Below, in pieces: positions 49,331 to 62,252 of a stretch of DNA of 64,000 nt. The translations under genes and the position numbers were made by a program. The stretch lies in contig OX597837.1 in the NCBI GenBank assembly GCA_951406725.2, positions 29,698,001 through 29,762,000 of the forward strand, read 5' to 3'. The notes under the pieces are model-generated. The model did not search any database. It saw only the letters and a list, made by a program, of their open reading frames with translations, and had not been told where the DNA came from. The DNA is from Octopus vulgaris (lineage: Eukaryota). How positions within the stretch are numbered: position 1 is the stretch's first letter; each line of letters starts with the position of its first letter.

Positions 49331-50300
49331 GTTGAATAGGACGTGGGATAAATTGACCAGCATGTGCCACTCTAAAAACGGGACTTATTTTCATGTCGAA
49401 AATTGTCAGGGAATTTGTTGTTTGTTGAAAGACCCTTACTAAAGCAAAGAACTTTCATAGATAGCTGTGACACAAGAGTGTTCAGAATGGTTCTGTATGT
49501 TACATGGAAAGCTCATTTAACCATCAAGCAGCTTTAGCAAGATCTACTCAAAATGACCGAGAAGATTCAGCAGAGAAGAATGAGGATTGCTGGGCATTGC
49601 ATCAGGCACCTAGAAGAACCTGTGTGTCAACTGGTCCTGTGGCAGTCAGCTGAAGGAAAGATCAACAGAGAAAGGAACAACTTGTTTCAGGACTGTGGAA
49701 TGGCAAATGATGCATTAAGAACATGCACATAGTACCATGATGGATGGTATTTCCCATGAAATCATTGAAGCATCCAGGAGGATGGCCAAATTAACCCTTT
49801 AGTGTTCAGATTACTCTGTTAAATGTAATACCTTTTCACTCAAATTGTTTTGAATTAATCATGCATTATCTTATAGCTTTGAGGTTTCAATGATGAGATC
49901 GTTTATTTTCAGAATGACATTGTAGGTTAGGAGTGAGAGGCTAGATATTGCCAGTTTGAATATAAAACATATAGAATATATTGGGCTGGATTTGGCCAGT
50001 TTAAACTAATATTTGTTAAAGATAATCCAGTTGTTATTTTGACCCAAGGCACGTAATTCTTTATAAGGTTAGCCACAAGAATTGGTGTGAAAGTTCCCAC
50101 AAAAATATGTTTAATTACCATGAGGTGGGAAGAAGCTAATATTTTGATTTTGGGCCATGTCTGAGAGTAACTGTGTACTATAACTATAGACAGGTCAACA
50201 TTAGGTCACACAGAACTCAAATCTGGGCCAGTATGTGGTCATGTGGAAAGGTTAGTCAAGCTCAACCAAAGATTAAGAACAGACAATATATGTCACTTAC

Positions 50301-50372
50301 TGATCATATTTGTGGGATTCTGGTAACATTCGGGACAGTTGCATTCGCCGTCTGACAACATCCAGTGGATAA
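50301..50372 (-). CDS. SLC25A16: SLC25A16 exon
   Basis: 72 nt; YPLDVVRRRMQLSRMLPESHKYD (PxDxxRxR carrier motif); CAG|..|GTAAGT, phase 2 to 2. Confidence 0.93.
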
Positions 50373-50880
50373 CTGTAAGATAAGTTGCAACTTTTAGACA
50401 AGTTTATGAAAAGACAAAAAAAAAAATTAAAAAAATTAAAACAAAGACAGAGAAATAACCCCAATTCATCATCATCATCATTTAGTGTCCACTTTCCATG
50501 CTGGCATGGTTTGGACGGTTCAACTGGGGTCTGGGAAGCCAGATGGCTGCACCAGGCCCAGTCTGATCTGGCAGTGTTTCTACGGCTGGATGCCTCCCTA
50601 ACGCCAACCACTCCGTGAGTGTAGTGGGTGCTTTTTACGTGCCAGATGAGGCTGGCAAACGGCCACGATTGGATGGTGCTTTTTACGTGCCACCAGCACG
50701 GAGGCCAGGCGAGGTTGGCAACGGCCACGAACGGATGGTGCTTTAACTATATGTTTGTACATGATCATGTATACAAATGTACTTACATGTATGTGTGTAA
50801 TATAGCTGTATATACACATGCACAAGAGTGCATACATCGCACATTTTAGGTGGTGAATTGACAGAGTCAATGAAGCATCA

Positions 50881-51492
50881 GATTAAATGCTGTGTGAGTA
50901 TTGTCCCTGGTTCAAATACTGCTGATGACAACTTTACTTTCCATCATTTTGGGGTTGATAGATAAAGTATCAGCCCCAGGGCGGTGGATCGGCAGAATTG
51001 GTAGAGCATATGTGTTGTGGTGTCTATTCCAGCTTCGTGAGTTCTGAGTTCAAAATCCATCCAAGACCCTCACTAAAGAGGAATAACCTCTTTTAAGAGA
51101 ACTAATATGAATAGAAAAAAAAAAATAGAAGGTACACGTGTAAGGTGCACAGTTGCTGTATTGGTGCAACCCACACCAAATTAAACGTTGTGTGAGTATT
51201 GTCCCTGGTTCTAATACTGCTGACAACCACTTTACCTTCCATCATTTTGGGGTTGATAGATTAAGTATCAACCCCAGGGCGGTGGATCGGCAGAATTGGT
51301 AGAGCATATGTGGGGATGTGTTGTGGTGTCTATTCCAGCTTTGTGAGTTCTGAATTCAAAATCCATCCAAGACCCTCACTAAAGAGGAATAACCTGTTTT
51401 AAGAGAACTAATATAAAAAGAAACAAAAAAAAAAATAGAAGGTACACGTGTACAGCTGCTCAGGTGCTGTATTGGTGCAACATACACCAAAA
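50881..51492. repeat. Local tandem duplication, ~300-bp unit
   Basis: TGTGTGAGTATTGTCCCTGGTTC...GCTGTATTGGTGCAAC repeated at about 50890 and 51190. Confidence 0.9.
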
Positions 51493-51760
51493 TGTTGCAG
51501 ATGCTTTAATTTACAAATGTGCACTTCATAAGCTGCATTTAAGATTACATGCTGCACATTAGCTTCAAAGTTTGACATATTTGCACTCCAAGCACCAGAA
51601 GTTCTTCAGTTTAGAGATTGGGAAAAAATAGCAAGAATGTTGCACTGAATGCAAAAATGTTTATATCCTCATTGAGTAGGGATTATCTGAGGACACAAAG
51701 TCCTTAATGATGAAAACATATGAAGCATGGCTGTAGATGTGTCAGCATGACTGTGCTTAA

Positions 51761-51981
51761 CCCTTTCATTACCGCATTTATTTTGAGATGCTCTGTGTTT
51801 CTTTCAATTACTTTAAATATAACGAAGAATTTAGTAAAATTATTTAGTTATCATTAAGTTAGTGTTAGGAACATAAATTGTGACTAAGGTTCGGTGGAAG
51901 ATTTTAATTCAAAACTTATGAAAACAAGACATTTGTACGACAGAGCCAGAGCTGGTTTCAGCCGGGTTGGTAACGAAAGGG
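51761..51981. mobile_element. piggyBac-type MITE
   Basis: TTAA|CCCTTTC...GAAAGGG|TTAA; related elements at about 34889, 49790, 54960 and 62377. Confidence 0.8.
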
Positions 51982-52170
51982 TTAAGAAACTTGCTTTGCA
52001 ACCATGTGGTTTGGGGTTCAGTCCCACTGTGCGGTACCTTTAGTAAGTGTCATTTACTGTATCCCCAGGCTGACCTATGCCTTGCAAGTGAACTGATGGA
52101 AACTGTTTGGAGTGTCCGTTTGTGATTATCCCCCTACACTCACTTGACAACTGGTTTTGGTTTGTGTGGA

Positions 52171-52548
52171 TGGAAGCACTCCGTCGGTTACGACGACGAG
52201 GGTTCCAGTTGATCCGAATCAACGGAACAGCCTGCTCGTGAAATTAACGTATAAGTGGCTGAGCACTCCACAGACACGTGTACCCTTAATGTAGTTCTCG
52301 GGGATATTCAGCGTGACACAGAGAGTGACAAGGCCGGCCCTTTGAAATACAGGTACAACAGAAACAGGAAGTAAGAGCGAGAGAAAGTTGTGGTGAAAGA
52401 GTACAGCAGGGATCACCACCATCCCCTGCCGGAGCCTCGTGGAGCTTTTAGGTGTTTTCGCTCAATAAACACTCACAACGCCTGGTCTGGGAATCGAAAC
52501 CGCGATCCTATGACTGTGAGTCCGCTGCCCTAACCACTGGGCCATTGT
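52171..52548 (-). mobile_element. SINE family C
   Basis: Reverse copy. Confidence 0.88.
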
Positions 52549-52916
52549 GTACATCCCTTTAACTTAGTAGTTCAACAAAAAAGACTGATGGAATAAGTAC
52601 CAAACTTAAAAAAAAAAAAAAGTACTGGTATTGGAGCTGATTTGTTTGACTAAGACAAGGCAGTGTCCGAGCATGGTCACGGACCATTGAGTAAAACAAG
52701 TAGAAGACAAAAAGATAACTATCCAGTGCTGGTGCCATGCAAAAGTCACCCAGTACACTTTGTAGAATGGTTGATGTTATGAAGAACATCCAGATGTAGA
52801 ACCATGCCTAAGCAGACACTGAATTACAACACAGACTTCTGGCCTGTTGGATCTTGTTGAGCCATCCAACTCATGCCAGCACAGAAGACAGATGATAAAT
52901 AAAGATGATGATGGTA

Positions 52917-53312
52917 GGCGCAGGAGTGGCTGTGTGGTAAGTAGCTTGTTTACCAACCACATGGTTCCGGGTTCAGTCCCACTGCGCAGCACCTTGGGCA
53001 AGTGTCTTCTACTATAGCCTCGAGCCGACAAAAATTTGTGAGTGGATTTGGTAGACGGAAACTGAAAGAAGCCCGTCATATATATGTATGTGTGTGTGTC
53101 TGTGTTTGTCCCCCTAGCATTGCTTGACAACCGATGCTGGTGTGTTTATGTCCTTGTTACTTAGCGGTTCGGCAAAAGAGACCGATAGAATAAGTACTGG
53201 GCTTACAAAAGAATAAGTCCCGGGGTCGAGTTGCTCGATTAAAGGCGGTGCTCCAGCATGGCTGCAGTCAAACGACTGAAACAAGTAAAAGAGAGAGAGA
53301 GAGTAAAAGAGT
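52917..53312 (+). mobile_element. SINE family A
   Basis: Full length. Confidence 0.9.
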
Positions 53313-53342
53313 ATGATCTTGTTGTTGTCCCTTAATAAAGTA

Positions 53343-53707
53343 CTAGCACTATGACCCGGCAATGCTGGGTCATAGTGCTAGTGCATGCATATACAGCTGC
53401 ATGTGTGCACACATACACGCGAGTACTGTCCAAATCTCCGACCAATCACATACAGCTAGCTGGCATTCAATTGGCGTATCAAGTTTCGGGCATTTTGATT
53501 GGGTTTTGGATAGAAAATTCACATAAAAAGTCACTTCTATTGATTTTTTAATAGCTTTACGGGGTGACTGGGGAAATGTAAAGATGTGCATGGCCACCCT
53601 TGGACGGTTTTGAATGACCATAGAAAGTGCGAGCCCTCTAACTGAAAAATTGTGGATTTGTATAAAGGACACACATGCAGACATTTTGCCGTTTATATAT
53701 ATAGAGA
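53343..53707 (-). mobile_element. Non-autonomous Helitron
   Basis: A|TCTCTATATATATAAACGG 5' end; 3' hairpin ACTAGCACTATGACCC..GGGTCATAGTGCTAG|T; A|T insertion site with no TSD. Confidence 0.8.
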
Positions 53708-53732
53708 TTAAAAGAAAGAATACATTACTCAC

Positions 53733-53895
53733 GCTGTTGTTTGGGCGATAACTCCAGCCCAGGCACCACAGAGCAATTTGGCAGGAAGAATAAGAATAAT
53801 CCCGCCCGTTGTCTTCTGGCAGGGTCTTCCAAGACTTTCAGGAAAGTAGTCTAAACACAAGTTTTTCATTATCTCGAAACATGTGAAAGATAAAC
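53733..53895 (-). CDS. SLC25A16: SLC25A16 exon
   Basis: 163 nt; (G)LSFTCFEIMKNLCLDYFPESLGRPCQKTTGGIILILPAKLLCGAWAGVIAQTT(A); TAG|..|GTGAGT. Confidence 0.93.
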
Positions 53896-54249
53896 CTAAA
53901 ATAAACAAACAAATGTAATCAATTTTATGATGTTGTTGTTGTTGGTGTGTTTATGCCCCTGTAACTTAGCAGTCTGTCAAAAAGGAACCGATGGAATAAG
54001 CACCAGGCTTATAAAAAAAGATTGTGGATGATTCATTCAATGGAAATTTTTTAAGGTGGTGCTCCAGCATGGCTGCGGTCTGAGGACTGAATCAAGGTCA
54101 TATAACAAATAGCTTTATTTCTTGTATTACACCTATTTATTTATGCTTGACTAACGAGACTGATGAGTAATTCTGTTTACAACTTCCTACAATTAACTGC
54201 GCAACTGTGAAGTAGCAACATTTATATGCATTCGGCAATTAGTATTTAG

Positions 54250-54875
54250 GGATATTTTCGGTTTGAACGGCAGTGTTTTCTAGTGGTGTCATATGAAATT
54301 GTCACCCATAATTATGACCCTAGTATCGATCTATTGCATTTCAATCTGGGTTAGGATTAGTAGGGAAGGGTATCTTTTTTTTCTTCAGAAATGTAAATAA
54401 ACCCAATCTGTTTCTTATACGAGGGACATATTCACACGGCACAGAATGTTTTCACCTCAATAGATGTCATTGATTGGTTGAAATTGCAGAAATTGAAGAA
54501 AAAAAAAACAACAAATATCTTACAAACTATTATGACCCTAGTATCGATCTATTGCATTTCAATCTGGGTTACGATTAGTAGGGAAGGGTATTTTTTTTCC
54601 TTCACAAATGTAAATAAACCCAATCTTTTTCTTATACGAGGGACATATTCATACGGCACAGAATGTTTTCACCTCAATAGATGTCATTGATTGGTTGAAA
54701 TTGCAGAATTTGAAGAAAAAAAAACCAACAAATATCTTACAAACTATAGAATTTTCTCAATAAAGCCAAGAGAAAAAGATGTTTTATAAACACATTCTAC
54801 CAGTATACGAAGTTTAAAAGTGTTTAGTTACGTGGAAATTATTTTAAAAAGCTGCCGTTCAAACCGAAAAGATCC
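54250..54875. mobile_element. Merlin-like MITE M1 with an internal ~215-bp duplication
   Basis: TIRs plus 8-bp TSD GTATTTAG. Confidence 0.88.
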
Positions 54876-55306
54876 GTATTTAGCTGCCTTTCTCAGGGAC
54901 ATAACACACTAACAATAATTTAGATCTCTCCACTGTGACTATGTAGTGACAAATTCTGCTTAACTTGCTAGCGTTCAGATTATTCTGTCAAATGCAATGC
55001 TAATTTATTTACATGGTTTTGAATTAACCATGCATTATCTTGTAGCTTTGAGATTTCAATGATGTGAAAGAAGCCTGTGATATATAAGGAGTTGAGATTT
55101 CAATCCGAATGGACAGATTTCAATGAGGCGATTGTATACTTTTAGTATGACATTGTAGGGCAGGTGTGGGAGACCGGATTTGGCCAGCTTGAGCATTAAA
55201 CAAGTAGAATATCTTGGCCTGATGCAGCCAGTTTAAACAGTAAAGGGTTAATATGAAACACAACATTGATTAGAGAAGTGAGGGAGGTAAGGAGGTAAAT
55301 AATTAC

Positions 55307-55495
55307 CAGCATATGGTGAAATACCCAGTATTGAGGGCACCATGCCTTTGTAAAGTGCAGTGGTTCCACCTTCCAGATGGATAATTGACTTCATCGTGTC
55401 CACGATGCCGACATAAAGATGTTCACCTTTCACTTGGAAAGCTAAACGAGATCGTACCACATCCAGAGGGTAAGTAACCACTAGCGCCACCATAC
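55307..55495 (-). CDS. SLC25A16: SLC25A16 exon
   Basis: 189 nt; (G)MVALVVTYPLDVVRSRLAFQVKGEHLYVGIVDTMKSIIHLEGGTTALYKGMVPSILGISPYA(G); RLAFQV is typical of SLC25A16. Confidence 0.95.
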
Positions 55496-55835
55496 CTGCA
55501 AAAAGTAAATCAGAAAAAATGTTTGTTAACCAATCAAATACATTAAAGGTGTTTTAAGTTTCTTTAAGGTCACGGATATATAAACTATCACTCATTCGGC
55601 TATTATTCCCAAAGAGATACTTCCTGCTCCAACCCCTATCCTCTCTTGTGAAATATGAGTCCTCAAAGACTCAGGCCTTTTTTCTCATACTTTTGAGTCT
55701 CCTAAGCATAAGGTTTCCCACTACCACCTCGTTTGGGGTTTGTAGTCTTCACTAGTGCTGATGGCATGAAAAAAAAACATCCAGTACAACATACTATGAA
55801 GTGGTTGGCATTGGGAAGGGTATCCAGCCACAGAA

Positions 55836-56145
55836 ATCACTTTACATGTTCTTCAAGGAATTTAATATATGCTATCAAATGCCAAGGATGTAAAGAAGAT
55901 TACACAGGTCAAACAAAGCTTACTCGAAGAAACAGACTGACCATTCACTGACAACAAATATGAGGCCCCAGTACTAGACAGATTCCACTGAGTGGTCACA
56001 TAGACATATGTGCAAAAAAATAAGTCCCCCAAATTCCAAGACATCCCACTCTACCTTATGCTCAGCAAATGCCACAAACAAAGCAAGGATAAACAAAAAA
56101 AGCTTTCATACAAAAGTAGAAAGCAAGACTTAAACTTTAACAACG
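55836..56145 (+). mobile_element. Penelope-like GIY-YIG endonuclease remnant
   Basis: FTCSSRNLIYAIKCQGCKEDYTGQTKLTRRNRLTIH*QQI..LSGHIDIC, with stops. Confidence 0.82.
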
Positions 56146-56737
56146 TACATACGCAAATAACTATTCACACACAAAATTCATTCTGCCACTTACCATGAGG
56201 AAGCCACACAGCTAACAACCTAAGTTTTAGCCACTGGACTACATACATACGATATATTATAGTTTATATAGTAACACTGAATAATTCATTTGACTGCCAA
56301 GGTTAACCAGTGCAACTGGCCTTCTGATATAATTCAGAAGAGTGAGATGGGAAAAACAAATTTGTCAAGAATGGGATTATTCCAGACAGTTAAATCTGTA
56401 ATATTCAGAGAATTTGACAAAGACATCCTGGTAACCAAGGTTTGGCACCATAAAACAACACACCAATTTGATAAATGTCAGTTTTAGTGAGCATGATGTT
56501 TTTTTCTGTTTAAGATAAATAAATTATGGCTACAAATATGGAATGGACACAAAAAACAGCAGTGAAGAATAATCCACGAAGATCTGAAGAAATTAAAGAT
56601 AACCGTTAATGATGCTGAATAACCAGCCTTAAACACCCATGTTTCCATCTGGTCATAGTGATGAATAAAGAATAGGACACAAGACGATCAGTTTATATCC
56701 TGTAACAGGGGCTACAGCATGTGTGTGGCCAAGTCAG

Positions 56738-57268
56738 AAAAGACTTTCTAACTAGAAAGGGTATGGCCTGGTCAGCCTGTAATGACATGCATAAGATCTG
56801 GTCATCAAATCTAAGTAGAGACTTCAAACTTGAAATCTTCAAAGCCACAGTCAAACCAATTCTACTATATGGCTCAGAAACCTGGATGTTATCAAAGAAG
56901 CTTGAGAGGCGGTTGGATGGAACCTACACTCGCCTCCTTATGAGAGCTCAAAATCTCTCGTGGAAGCGCCATCCAACCAAAATGCAAATATATGGGAAAC
57001 TACCACCTGTGTCATCTCTTGTGAAAGGTAGGAGAGTCCAGTTTGCTGGACATTGTTGTAGAGCTGAAAAAGAAGTAATTTCTACTCTTCTCCTCTGGAA
57101 GCCATCTACTCGCAATACCAGAGGGCGCACACTCTCCTACCCTGATGTAATCTCCAGGGATACAGGCATCCAGCAACAGGACCTCCGTAATGCCATGATG
57201 GACCGTGAAGTCTGGCGTAGCATGGTAAATTCCATTGTCTCGACCACGGTCGAACAATGATAATGATG
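56738..57268 (+). mobile_element. 5'-truncated RTE-like LINE (second family)
   Basis: ILLYGSETW..RRVQFAGHC..MMDREVWR; TGA-repeat tail; possible TSD AAGTCAG; decayed relative at about 49440-49790. Confidence 0.88.
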
Positions 57269-57484
57269 AAGTCAGCTTAATTTCCTTAACTGTTTCTCTT
57301 CCTGAATTGTGTAAGTGTTGAGTTATTGGGGGGCCAGGGGAAGCTTTCTAGGTGCAATTCTATGGTCATTCATGATCAAAGAGGGTCTTTACTCTTTTAG
57401 GCTATCAGGATAATTATACTTATCTACAACAATATGTGATTGTCACTGATCTAAAGTGGAGCTTTTGGGTCAACCATAATCTAT

Positions 57485-58505
57485 AAACTAGTACACAGAC
57501 TTTGCTCTGTGGTACCAACTAGTAGACTGACCTGCTCTATAATACCAAATGCTACACAAACTTGCCCTATAGTAGAAAGACCTACTCTGTGGTACTAACT
57601 TGTAGACAAACTTGCTCTGTAGTACCAACTAGTAGACAAACTTGCTCTGTAGTACCAACTAGTAGACAAACTTGCTCTGTAGTACCAACTAGTAGACAAA
57701 CTTGCTCTGTAGTACCAACTAGTAGGCAGACCTGCTCTACAATACCAACTAGTAGGCAGACCTGCTCTACAATACCAACTAGTAAGCAGACATCCTCTAC
57801 AGAACCAACTATTAGGTAGACCTGCTCTACAGTACCAACTAGAAGGCAGGCCTGCTCTACAGTACCAACTAGAAGGCAGGCCTGCTCTACAGTACCAACT
57901 AGTAGGCAGGCCTGCTCTACAGTACCAACTAGTAGGCAGGCCTGCTCTACAGTACCAACTAGTAGGCAGAACTGCTCTCCAGTACCAACTAGTAGGCAGA
58001 ACTGCTCTGTAGTACGAACTAGTAGGCTGACCTGCTCTGTAGTACCAACTAGTAGGCTAACCTGCTCTACAGTACCAACTAGTAGGTAGACCTCTACAGT
58101 ACCAACTAGTAGGTAGACCTCCTCTCCAGTACCAACTAGTAGGCAGACCTCCTCTACAGTACCAACTAGTAGGCAGACCTGCTCTGTAGTACCAACTAGT
58201 AGGCTGACCTGCTCTGTAGTACCAACTAGTAGGCTGACCTGCTCTGTAGTACCAACTAGTAGGCTGACCTGCTCTACAGTACCAACTAGTAGGCTGACCT
58301 GCTCTACAGTACCAACTAGAAGGCAGGCCTGCTCTACAGTATCAACTAGAAGGCAGACCTGCTCTGCAGTATCAACTAGTAGGCAGACCTCCTCTACAGT
58401 ACCAACTAGTAGGCAGACCTGCTCTACAGTACCAACTAGTAGGTAGACCTGCTCTCCAGTACCAACTAGTAGGCAGAACTGCTCTACAGTACCAACTACT
58501 ATACA
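57485..58505. repeat. 30-bp minisatellite, about 34 copies
   Basis: AGTACCAACTAGTAGGCAGACCTGCTCTAC and variants in blocks. Confidence 0.97.
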
Positions 58506-59231
58506 GGCCTACTGTATTCTAGTTTGTGTAATGAACGGGTACACTCAAATGAATTCGAAGTACAAGGTTAATTTCTACAGAGCAGTTGCTCATTTGGTTA
58601 AACTGATTTACAATACCAGCTTTTATAAAGAAGAGAGAAAGGCAATCAAAGTGATCCCAGTATCTTTACTGAATGGCATGAACAATGAGTTCACCTCATC
58701 TCAGCCCTAGAATAGAGAACTATAAACTTTGTTTACACTTTATTGAGGCCAGCTCTACTGTCTTGGCCACATTCACTGACCTTTATAGCAACAGAATGTT
58801 ATTCTTTGACCTTTAAACAATAACAATGACCTAGAAACAATAATAACAAAAGAGATGAACTTTTTGAGAGCAATAATAATAATAATAATAATAGTAATGA
58901 TAATAACAAATTCTTGTGTTGGCATAAGGACAACAATTTTGGGCAGTTTCAGCCAATCAAATAATGATAACAACAACTGTATAAAAAATATAAAAACAAA
59001 GGATGAAGTTTATAAATTCATCATTCCCCAAAAATCTTTTGTGAAGAATGAGGCCAAACATATTTCAATAGATGAGGAAAAAAATGAAATGAAGATGGTG
59101 GAACCCCCCCCCCCCACTAAAAGAGAAATAACAATAATAATAACAACGATGATGATAATGATGATGATGATTAAAAATATCACTCAATAAAAGGTCATGC
59201 TTGCTTTGTGTGATGAAAAGTGTATAGTTAC

Positions 59232-59295
59232 CTGCTAAGGATCCAGCCGTCAGCTTGACAATGTGAGTGTGACAATTTGTAACCGACTTGAGAAT
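59232..59295 (-). CDS. SLC25A16: SLC25A16 exon (not in the ORF track)
   Basis: 64 nt; CAG|ILKSVTNCHTHIVKLTAGSLA(G)|GTAACT; phase 0 to 1 links both flanking exons in frame. Confidence 0.92.
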
Positions 59296-59689
59296 CTGTT
59301 GAAAAGTTTATCACAATTCAGAAACACACAAATTGGGCAACAAATTAGAGGTGGACAAACTAAGAAGACAGTCTGAGAAGTTTCTATGTTTGCTGCTATT
59401 GAGCAACAAAATTGACTTGGAGGAGGGGAAGGAGACAAACACCACTTGGTGTGTTTTTATTTTGCTTTTCAGGATGTGAGGGTGAGGACGTGGAATTTTT
59501 TTTTAGGTCTGTCATTTACACTTATTATTTACCAGTGGCCTCATCCTGTTATCATGAAAAACCCTCTCTGTTGTTGTTGTTGCTGCTGCTGTTGGTGTAT
59601 CAAGTTTTAAATAGAAGCTGAGTGTTTACTATAATGGATTACCTACTTGAAACACAGAACAAGTGTTTTTCTGAAGATTTATCCAACCA

Positions 59690-60215
59690 ACATTATAAAA
59701 CTAGGACTTATTATAAAACAACAGCTAAGAGCCAAACCAGGGCAAAATACAAAACCAAGGTTAAGCATAAACCCAAGGTTAATACGAAATTAGGTTTAAG
59801 TACAAATCCAAGGCTAAGTACAAAATCAGGGTTATGTACAAACCTAGGGCTAAGTACAAAACCAGGGTTATGTACAAAACCAGGGCTAAGTACAAAACCA
59901 GTGTTATGTACAAACCTAGGGCTAAGTACAAAACCAGGGTTATGTACAAAACCAGGGCTAAGTACAAAACCAGGGTTATGTACAAACCTAGGGCTAAGTA
60001 CAAAACCAGGGTTATGTACAAAACCAGGGCTAAGTACAAAACCAGGGCTAAGTACAAAACCAGGGTTATGTACAAATCTAGGGCTAAGAACAAAACCAGG
60101 GTTATGTACAAACCTAGGGCTAAATACAAAACCAGGGTTGTGTACAAAACCAGGGTTATGTACAAACCTAGGGCTAAGTACAAAACCAGGGTTATGTACA
60201 AAAACAGGACAAAGT
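59690..60215. repeat. 18-bp minisatellite with higher-order structure
   Basis: Units ACAAAACCAGGGCTAAGT, ACAAAACCAGGGTTATGT and ACAAACCTAGGGCTAAGT. Confidence 0.95.
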
Positions 60216-60524
60216 ACGAAACCTTCAAAGCTCAGAGAAGTTTAACAAATTGCTATATTTGATGGAATTGTTTAGACACTGCTCTAACTGAGCTGTGATC
60301 AAAGACATTCTCATTCTCGCTCACAACATCATAAGCAGAAAGTGTAACCTCTCGAAAGAGCTGTTCTTCACTCCTGCTCCAGAGCGTTGGTTGCGGGGTC
60401 ACTCCGAAAAGCTCTATCTGCGACGATAGAGGGGCTTTCTCCGTCCGGGTTGCGGATCCGTGGAATAAGCTGCCGGACGAGATAGTGAAGATGCCGACGA
60501 CCGCTTGGTTCAAAGTCTCTCTTG

Positions 60525-60786
60525 ACTACTGCTACTACCACTATTACTCCTACATCACCACCACCACTACTACTACCAGCATGGTCATCACTACTACTAC
60601 TACTACTACCACTGTTATCACTACAGCTATTACTATTACTTCCATCACCACCACCACCACCACCACCACCACCACCACTACTACTACAACTACTACTACC
60701 AGCATGGTCATCACTACCACTATTACTACCAGCATGGTCATCACTACTACTACTACCAGCATGGTCATCACTACTACTACTACTAG
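60525..60786. repeat. (CAC)/(TAC) microsatellite with a repeated CCAGCATGGTCATCA insert
   Basis: Seen directly. Confidence 0.9.
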
Positions 60787-60879
60787 ATTGGAGCCTGGTG
60801 CAGCTTACCAGCTCCAGTCAAACTGTCTAACCCATGCCAGCATGGAAAAAGGGATGTTAAATAACACACACACAAATCA

Positions 60880-61503
60880 ACATCAAAATCGATCAACATC
60901 AATGGAAATTGTAGCTGTGATACTAGTGCCGGTGGCACATAAGAGAACCATCCGAACGTGGCCGTTGCCAGCACCGCCCCAACTGGCTTCCATGCCGGTG
61001 GCACGTAAAAAGCACCATCCGATCGTGGCCGTTGCCAACCTCGCCTGGCCTCTGTGCTGGTGGCACGTAAAAAGCACCATCCGATCGTGGCCGTTTGCCA
61101 GCCTTGCCTGGCACCTGTGCTGGTGGCACGTAAAAAGCACCATCCGATCGTGGCCGTTTGCCAGCCTTGCCTGGCACCTGTGCTGGTGGCACGTAAAAAG
61201 CACCATCCGATCGTGGCCGTTGCCAACCTCGCCTGGCCTCTGTGCTGGTGGCACGTAAAAAGCACCATCCGATCGTGGCCGTTTGCCAGCCTTGCCTGGC
61301 ACCTGTGCTGGTGGCACATAAAAAGCACCCACTACACTCATGGAGTGGTTGGCGTTAGGAAGGGCATCCAGTTGTAGAAACATTGCCAGATCAGACTGGG
61401 CCTGGTGCAGCCTTCTGGCTTCCCAGACCCTAGTTGCACCGTCCAATCCATGCCAGCATGGAAAGTGGACGCTAAATGATGATGATGATGATGATGATGA
61501 TGA
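60880..61503 (+). mobile_element. RTE 3' UTR with about 7 copies of a ~62-bp tandem unit and (GAT)n tail
   Basis: GGTGGCACGTAAAAAGCACCATCCGATCGTGGCCG repeats. Confidence 0.9.
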
Positions 61504-61848
61504 CAACAGATTTTTTTTTTCCAGTTTCTATCGGTGAAATTCACTCACCAGACTTTGATAAACCCGGTGCTACAGTAAAGGACACTTGAACCCGGAACCA
61601 TATGGTTGGGAAGCAAACCTCTTACCACACAGTCACACAATGTATTTACTATGTGGACAAAAAAAAAACAAACATGACAATGAATTTCCTGATATGTATT
61701 TGGGACATAATAACGAATTCACTAACGATGTATTAGCCCTTAATACAATCAACAGATGATTAAATTATGAGAGATGTATTTATTACAAAGTAATTAGCCA
61801 TACTGAATCTACTTGTCGTCCCTGTACAACTGTTTGTATTTTATTTTA

Positions 61849-62252
61849 TCTTTATATATAAAAGAGAAGTTGTGTGAGTGTCTGTCTCCTACGATTTAGA
61901 TTCCTAACTGCTCCCACATTTTGTGGTGCAGTTTAACCAAAACCGGGTATCTTATAGTCGTGATTCATATCTAGCCCTTCTGGGTATTAGCGCGCGTCTA
62001 CGATGAGTCTACGATTTAAAAAAAAATTTACCATAATTTTTTTTCCATTTTAATGCAATTTTTTTACGCTATTATATAAGGGAAGTAACTCTCTAAAAAT
62101 GTCTACGATGAGTCAACGATTTAAAAAAAAATTTACCATCATTTTTCCCCATTTTTAGTGCATTTTTTGCTATTTTTTTACTATAACTCTCTAAAAATGC
62201 TTATATAGTTATTTCCCTTACAAACCCGAGCAACGCCGGGTGATACTGCTAG
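61849..62252 (+). mobile_element. Non-autonomous Helitron
   Basis: A|TCTTTATATATAAAA start; CCCGAGCAACGCCGGG subterminal hairpin; CTAG|T end. Confidence 0.82.

Noticed and set aside
51687-51725. CTGAGGA...GAAAAC hammerhead candidate (also 14833 and 54160)
   Set aside because: No consistent stem I/II pairing or cleavage triplet.
60485-61258. Mucin-like Thr-rich 257-aa ORF
   Set aside because: Concatenation of a CR1 end, a trinucleotide repeat and an RTE 3' UTR inside an intron.
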